Source of the DNA: Candidatus Latescibacterota bacterium
GTDB taxonomy: Bacteria; Latescibacterota; CBDEFO01
Direction of reading: 5' to 3'
Length of the DNA stretch: 64,000 nucleotides
NCBI GenBank assembly: GCA_965248755.1
Contig: OZ252149.1
Coordinates: forward strand, 2,784,001 to 2,848,000
Part shown: positions 58,882 to 64,000 of the stretch, piece after piece
Numbering within the stretch: position 1 is the first letter of the stretch
Layout: the number at the start of each line of letters is the position of its first letter
Made by a program: the position numbers and the translations under genes
The notes under the pieces: generated by a model
Told to the model about the DNA's origin: nothing
Seen by the model: only the letters and a program-made list of their open reading frames with translations
Databases searched by the model: none

Positions 58882-59691
58882 ATGAAGACCATCCACTCCG
58901 TGGTCTCTTGCCGACGCCCTGTCCATTTTCCCACGCTCTTTTTCGTAGCTATCCTGCTTATCGGGTCATGCTTAGTCCGTCCGTCCTACGGATTTGATGA
59001 TAAGGCATTGCAAGAAGTGGACGGTAATATTCTCAGGTACAGCTCCGCCTGGACCTCGTCCTTTTCTCAGTGGCCTGGTTCCATTAACAAAATAGGGGAA
59101 ATGGACGAGCCTATGCTCTTCTCCTTGTCATCCTTATCGTCAGAAGGCAGGATTCGGGTAGCGCTTGCTCAGAGTGAGGCGACTTCTGTGTTTACACCAG
59201 AAATAGAACTGGACCCCGATGAAAAGACGCACGACTTTGGGAATATCCCCATAGGAAGGTCTCAAAGGTGGACTCTCTGGGTCAGAAACAAGGGAAATAT
59301 CAATCTTGAAGTTGTGTGTCGGCTTGATGAAAAGATTACAGACTACACAATTGTTCAGGGGGAAGGCGAATCCGTTATCAGACCCTCCGAAGACATGAAG
59401 GTGGTGGCCAAATTCACTCCTGGAACCGAGGGCAACATAGAAGATAGATTGGTGATCCTGTCCAACGACCCGAAGCGAGAATCGATCCAGATCGCACTCA
59501 TAGGCAAAGGCTTGAATCTTGAAAGACAACGGGCAACCTATCTTGGCGACTATGGGTTAAAGACTGATCGCTATAGACCCAATTACGGTGACCACTACTG
59601 GCAGTCTAAGAAGGAGATAGTCTTTAAGGCGATCTTTGTCACAGTAAGCACAGCCGCGGTAGTTTCAGCTATAGCCTTGATCGCGCAGTAA
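58882..59691 (+). CDS. Exported or membrane protein with an Ig-like (ASH/choice-of-anchor D-like) domain
   Basis: N-terminal hydrophobic segment, HDFGNIPIG...VRNKGNINL...FTP...LVILSNDP...LIGKG, and a C-terminal TM. Confidence 0.72.
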   Translation: MKTIHSVVSCRRPVHFPTLFFVAILLIGSCLVRPSYGFDDKALQEVDGNILRYSSAWTSSFSQWPGSINKIGEMDEPMLFSLSSLSSEGRIRVALAQSEATSVFTPEIELDPDEKTHDFGNIPIGRSQRWTLWVRNKGNINLEVVCRLDEKITDYTIVQGEGESVIRPSEDMKVVAKFTPGTEGNIEDRLVILSNDPKRESIQIALIGKGLNLERQRATYLGDYGLKTDRYRPNYGDHYWQSKKEIVFKAIFVTVSTAAVVSAIALIAQ

Positions 59692-59823
59692 TTATGAATT
59701 GTCTCTAGGGTTGCGCTAAGAACTCGTTATGGGCAGCGTGGCCACTGCGTGCGCTGTGGCTACCCGTTTTTCCAGGGGACACGAATGTCAGCAAGCCACG
59801 AAGTGTTCTGTGGTAGACGATAC

Positions 59824-61188
59824 TTAGATTTCTGTGTGCTCCTCCGGGTCTTCTGAAGTGGTTGTTTCCTCCTTTATCTGATCTTTGTCGATTTTAGTGA
59901 TTTTCACTTTCGATATTCTTTGACCTTCCAACTCCTCGATCCACATTTTGAGCCCGTTGAACTCGAAACTTTCACTTTCATCGGGGATGTGTCCAAGATA
60001 ATCGTAGATGAACCCTCCCAGTGTTCCAAAGCTGTCTGACGGTATATCAGAGTTTAAAGTCTCATTCAGGTTGTGTATGTTTATCTTAGCATCCACTATC
60101 CAGGACGATCTTTTCTCATCCCAAAAAATTAAGCCCTTCTCCTCATCGTATTCGTCTTCTATCTCCCCAACTATCTCCTCCAGGAGGTCCTCCAGAGTCA
60201 CCAATCCCGCCACACCGCCGTACTCGTCCACTACGATAGCCATATGCCTCTTTTCCCGCTTGAAATCTCTCAAAAGCTCATCTATCTTCTTATTTTCTGG
60301 TACATAATAGGCCTCCCGGATCAAACTGCTCTTTCCCTTCTCCTTAATGAACTCTTCTAAAGTGTCATCAGTACTCCAATCCTTCGAACTTCCCAAAGCG
60401 TACAAGAGGTCCTTAGCGTACACCACTCCTTCTACATTATCCACCCTCTCTCTGTAGACAGGAACTCTGGAATGTCCACCCTCCTTGATCATCACCAATA
60501 GCTCTCCCAAGCTTAAAGAGCGCTCCGCAGCGACCATATCTACCCTCGGCACCATTACCCCCTTGACCGTAGTGTCGTAGAACTCAAATACGCCCTCAAT
60601 CATCTCCTTTTCATCCTCCTCGATCACACCCTCTTCACTTTCTGTCTCCACTATAGTCCTTAACTCTTCCTCCTTTGCGGCCTTATAGTCCACTTCATCC
60701 GACAGCAAACCTAACAACCTGCTCAGAGCACGCGCAAAAGGCGAAAAGGCAAAGTGAAATAGATAAAAATAGGACCGAAACTTGGGAGCATCTCGGTTTT
60801 CGTTATCGTCCTTCCTGAAGCGATAGGGGATGTTCTCACACAGGACCAGAAAAACTCCCGCCAGAACTATTCCCCAGATAATACCGTAATTTCCGGAAAA
60901 ATTCATAGCCAGAAGGACTGTTGAAGTCACAGCCACAGTACCGAGCAAAGTCCGGGCTATCCTTACTGTAAGTCCGAGCTTGTCCCTTGGCTGATAAACT
61001 CTTAACATCCTTCGAGCTCCCACCAAGCCTTCCTCATCCATCCTTAACAAGGAAGATCGCGATACAGAAGAAATAGCGGTTTCCATCTTAGATAACAGTA
61101 TGGTCATTAGAAACGAAATGACCGCCACAATCGCTTTTAATACGATCCATCCCTGTGTGTTGTTTGCTCCAAACGACGACTCGTCCAA
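59824..61188 (-). CDS. HlyC/CorC (CNNM-CBS) family protein
   Basis: VMVPRVDM, GHSRVPVY, VVDEYGG, TLEDLLEEIVGEI and TLGGFI motifs. Confidence 0.94.
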   Translation of the reverse strand: MDESSFGANNTQGWIVLKAIVAVISFLMTILLSKMETAISSVSRSSLLRMDEEGLVGARRMLRVYQPRDKLGLTVRIARTLLGTVAVTSTVLLAMNFSGNYGIIWGIVLAGVFLVLCENIPYRFRKDDNENRDAPKFRSYFYLFHFAFSPFARALSRLLGLLSDEVDYKAAKEEELRTIVETESEEGVIEEDEKEMIEGVFEFYDTTVKGVMVPRVDMVAAERSLSLGELLVMIKEGGHSRVPVYRERVDNVEGVVYAKDLLYALGSSKDWSTDDTLEEFIKEKGKSSLIREAYYVPENKKIDELLRDFKREKRHMAIVVDEYGGVAGLVTLEDLLEEIVGEIEDEYDEEKGLIFWDEKRSSWIVDAKINIHNLNETLNSDIPSDSFGTLGGFIYDYLGHIPDESESFEFNGLKMWIEELEGQRISKVKITKIDKDQIKEETTTSEDPEEHTEI

Positions 61189-61253
61189 AGATAAAAACCC
61201 CTTTCGAGTTTAAAGGAAAAAGATCAGATCTCCTGATTCCTTATTTCCCGATC

Positions 61254-61724
61254 TTAACTACTTACCTTCCGGGAACTTGACACAGATGAAAACTGCTTTA
61301 GGTACCTTTCCACGCTCTCCGTCATTATCTTCTCCTCCTCCTCGTCTTTGTGATCCATTCCTGTAAGGTGCAAAATGCCGTGAGCCAAGAGTCGCATCAC
61401 CTCCTCCTCTAAAGGCACTCCGGCCTTGGAAGCTTGTTCCATTGCTCTTTCTATCGATATGTAGACCTCCCCTTGGACATCGTCGGAAAAATCCGAGGCG
61501 TCGAAGTCGTCTTCGAGGTGGAAGGACAATACATCAGTCGGGGAATCTATCGAGCGATACCGACGATTTAAGTGGTGAATAAACTTATCGTTGGAGATCA
61601 CGACACTGATTGTCCCCTTTTCTTTGCCTTTGTCCTTTATGATCCGCTCCGAAAGTAGCCTAAACTTATACTCATCCCACCATGTGGGTGTGTCTGTTTC
61701 TTCAAAAAAAAACTTCACACTCAT
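61254..61724 (-). CDS. ybeY: rRNA maturation endoribonuclease YbeY
   Basis: LNRRYR, PTDVLSF and HGILHLTGMDH motifs. Confidence 0.96.
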   Translation of the reverse strand: MSVKFFFEETDTPTWWDEYKFRLLSERIIKDKGKEKGTISVVISNDKFIHHLNRRYRSIDSPTDVLSFHLEDDFDASDFSDDVQGEVYISIERAMEQASKAGVPLEEEVMRLLAHGILHLTGMDHKDEEEEKIMTESVERYLKQFSSVSSSRKVSS

Positions 61725-61727
61725 CTC

Positions 61728-64000
61728 TTAGACCCTTTCAGGGGCTATTTCAGGCGCCTCAGCCTTTTTGGGATACTCCACCCTCTGGTGCAGGGCTCCT
61801 GCAAGAACGCGCATAAAGCTCCCCTCGATCGCCGTCAGATCTTTTAGCGTCAGATCACACTCATCCAATTCGGATTCTGAGAATCTCTCCTTTATAGTAT
61901 CTCTGAGCACTCCCTTGACTCTGCCCGGTGCTTTGTCCTTTAATACCCTCGTAGTCGCCTCGATTGCATCTGCCAACATGATGATACCCGCCACTTTTGT
62001 CTGCGGTCTTGGTCCTTCGTACCTGAAATCTTGGGCACTTACGTCATCTTTACCTTCTCTTTGGATCGCCCGGTCGTAAAAATAAACCGCAAGGGTCATC
62101 CCGTGATGCTGTAAGATTATGTCTATTATCGCTTTGGGCAGGCCATTTTCCTCGGCCATCTCCTGACCGTCCTTCACGTGAGAGACTATGATAAGAGCGC
62201 TCATCGAAGGAGACAGTTTATCGTGAGGGTTCCTCATTCCCACCTGATTCTCTATAAAGTACTCAGGGTTCTTCATCTTTCCTATATCGTGATAGTAACA
62301 GCCTACCCTGGCCAAGAGAGGATTTTCCCCTATTGCCTCCGACGCTGCCTCGGAGAGATTGGCCATAATTACACTGTGAGTGTAAGTCCCCGGAGCCCTC
62401 AAGGCCAACTCTCTTAGAAGGGGTCGGTTCAGATCCGAAAGTTCCAAAAGCGTAATATCCGTCGTTATGTTGAATATGCTCTCAAAGATAGGCAGTAGAC
62501 CCATAGCCAAAACAGGTGAAAAGAACCCCACCAGTGCCCCCGGCAGAATATCTTCTAAGATCCTCTCTGAGGGCCCAAACCTTAAAACATCCGTCGCGGC
62601 TATCGTCGCCCCATAGATCAGCACCAGATAGATTATAGACCGATAGAAACTCTGCCTGTGTCTGACGTTCCTCACCGAATAGGCAGCTACTCCCCCAGAA
62701 AGCGTAAATACGAACGTCGCCTGAAGGTCGAAATTTAAGATGATCCCCGATAGAAGAGAGATCGCAAACGTAAAGACCAGTCCCACTTCCGCATCGAACA
62801 AAATAGTGGCCAGCATAGCAGAAAGAGCCACCGGCACTAAAAACTGCGCATTTATCTGAATTGGGCCATAAAACGGCAAACTCCATGTAATCTGTGCAGT
62901 CGACGCTGCCCACGAAGCTATAAGCACCGGAAACACAAGCACTATGGTCAAAAGGAGAAGATGCGAGACTTTATTGTATATAGATCTTCTAAACATGTAA
63001 AGATAGATCAAAAACAAAAATATAATGAGCGAGCATACAATCCCTTTTGCTCCGATTGTCAGCGTCCTTTTCCAGGGGTACTTCTCCTGCGTCTCTGATA
63101 GCTTCTTTTGCATGGAGTTCAAAACGTCCACGTGATCAGATGTAACTTTTTCGTTGGCATCTATTATCACCTGTTTTTTTATGTACTGATCCTTTACGGG
63201 AGCCACACCACCCGCAGCTTCGTTTCTTCTTCTTTCTGTTTCATTTTTGTTGAACTTAATATTTTCAGTAATCAATGAGCTTGTCAGTACCACACACATA
63301 TTTGCTGTTTCCTTATTTTCTATCCTGTTTTCCACGATCTCCTTTATGTCCTCTCGCACCTTTGTTATATCCTTAAGCTCATCGGCCGGAAGCATCTGCT
63401 CTTTTCCGCCCTTGAAGAGAGAAATCCTCCTTTTTGACTCGGGGAAGACCTGACTTTCCACAACTCTCTTATCGCGCACAATGCCCACACTGTAGTTATC
63501 CTTTAAGACCTCCCTGCACACCTTTTTAATCGCATCCGTCTCTCTTGAGCTTAACAAAAAGCCTATCACATCCTTTGGAATTATCGGATGTTTGTTCCAG
63601 AGCTGATCTATCTTCTCTGCGAAAATAGTCTCTTCTTCTTTTATCCTTTGCACATCTTTAAACAGAGAATCCAAAGCCCCGATTTGCCTTTTTCCTATCT
63701 CCTCATCAAAAAAGAAGACAGGGGCCACAGCCCTTTGCTCCTTTCTTTTGTCCTCCTCGTATTTCTTATCGTTCTTAAACACGCGAAAATCGAAGGGAGC
63801 TACGATCTTTTCCGCAGCTATCCTCCCCTCCTCCAACTCGTGAGTCTTCCTCTGAGGAAAGGATGCCGTCAAAACCACGATCTGAGCCCCTATCAAAAGC
63901 CATCTCAAGATCCTGCTTCTGGCTTTGTGTTCCCTGCTCTGATGCCTCAATACACCCGAGGGACTTTTCCGAAATATCCTTGAGAGTTTTCTTGTGAGGT
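61728..64000 (-). CDS. 7TM-HD (HDIG) phosphohydrolase, PgpH-like; 5' end may lie outside the window
   Basis: APGTYTHS, YYHDIGK, HHG and MLAD motifs; the frame stays open from TTG 63950 to the window edge. Confidence 0.93.
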   Translation of the reverse strand, partial: LTRKLSRIFRKSPSGVLRHQSREHKARSRILRWLLIGAQIVVLTASFPQRKTHELEEGRIAAEKIVAPFDFRVFKNDKKYEEDKRKEQRAVAPVFFFDEEIGKRQIGALDSLFKDVQRIKEEETIFAEKIDQLWNKHPIIPKDVIGFLLSSRETDAIKKVCREVLKDNYSVGIVRDKRVVESQVFPESKRRISLFKGGKEQMLPADELKDITKVREDIKEIVENRIENKETANMCVVLTSSLITENIKFNKNETERRRNEAAGGVAPVKDQYIKKQVIIDANEKVTSDHVDVLNSMQKKLSETQEKYPWKRTLTIGAKGIVCSLIIFLFLIYLYMFRRSIYNKVSHLLLLTIVLVFPVLIASWAASTAQITWSLPFYGPIQINAQFLVPVALSAMLATILFDAEVGLVFTFAISLLSGIILNFDLQATFVFTLSGGVAAYSVRNVRHRQSFYRSIIYLVLIYGATIAATDVLRFGPSERILEDILPGALVGFFSPVLAMGLLPIFESIFNITTDITLLELSDLNRPLLRELALRAPGTYTHSVIMANLSEAASEAIGENPLLARVGCYYHDIGKMKNPEYFIENQVGMRNPHDKLSPSMSALIIVSHVKDGQEMAEENGLPKAIIDIILQHHGMTLAVYFYDRAIQREGKDDVSAQDFRYEGPRPQTKVAGIIMLADAIEATTRVLKDKAPGRVKGVLRDTIKERFSESELDECDLTLKDLTAIEGSFMRVLAGALHQRVEYPKKAEAPEIAPERV

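Noticed and set aside
1..64000. Integron integrase, RAYT or intact transposase, tRNA (including selC) and rRNA
   Set aside because: None was recognisable in the ORF track or in the intergenic regions read manually.

Overview
Bacterial chromosomal window. Gene content loosely suggests an FCB-related or candidate-phylum organism; this is not established. From 37.8 kb down to position 1, every real gene is on the minus strand. The block holds an aromatic amino acid super-operon (trpEGDC..FBA, chorismate mutase, DAHP synthase, tyrA, aroA, aroE, aroC, aroK, aroB, with menG, ribB and argS) that is repeatedly interrupted by accessory genes, followed by an SDR, a LarA-like protein, an SbcCD-like pair, a Gfo/Idh/MocA oxidoreductase and selA. 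The main find lies upstream of the operon and is absent from the ORF track: a complete predicted attenuator. It comprises a sigma70 promoter, an RBS, a 27-aa leader peptide MEFSLPFYGIYYSRWYNWGGICPWLVS (9 of 27 residues Phe/Tyr/Trp), a 13-bp antiterminator and an intrinsic terminator, and could sense all three aromatic amino acids. Other highlights: a decayed integron-cassette-like array between aroK and aroB; an in-frame (SDRTQ)x7 repeat in SelA; a giant M28-like/FtsX permease paired with an OPT-like membrane protein that carries a circularly permuted FN3-like insert; three families of dispersed palindromic repeats; IPCT/DIPPS and DGGGPS-like genes; and several pseudogene remnants. No tRNA, rRNA, CRISPR array or intact transposase/integrase was seen.
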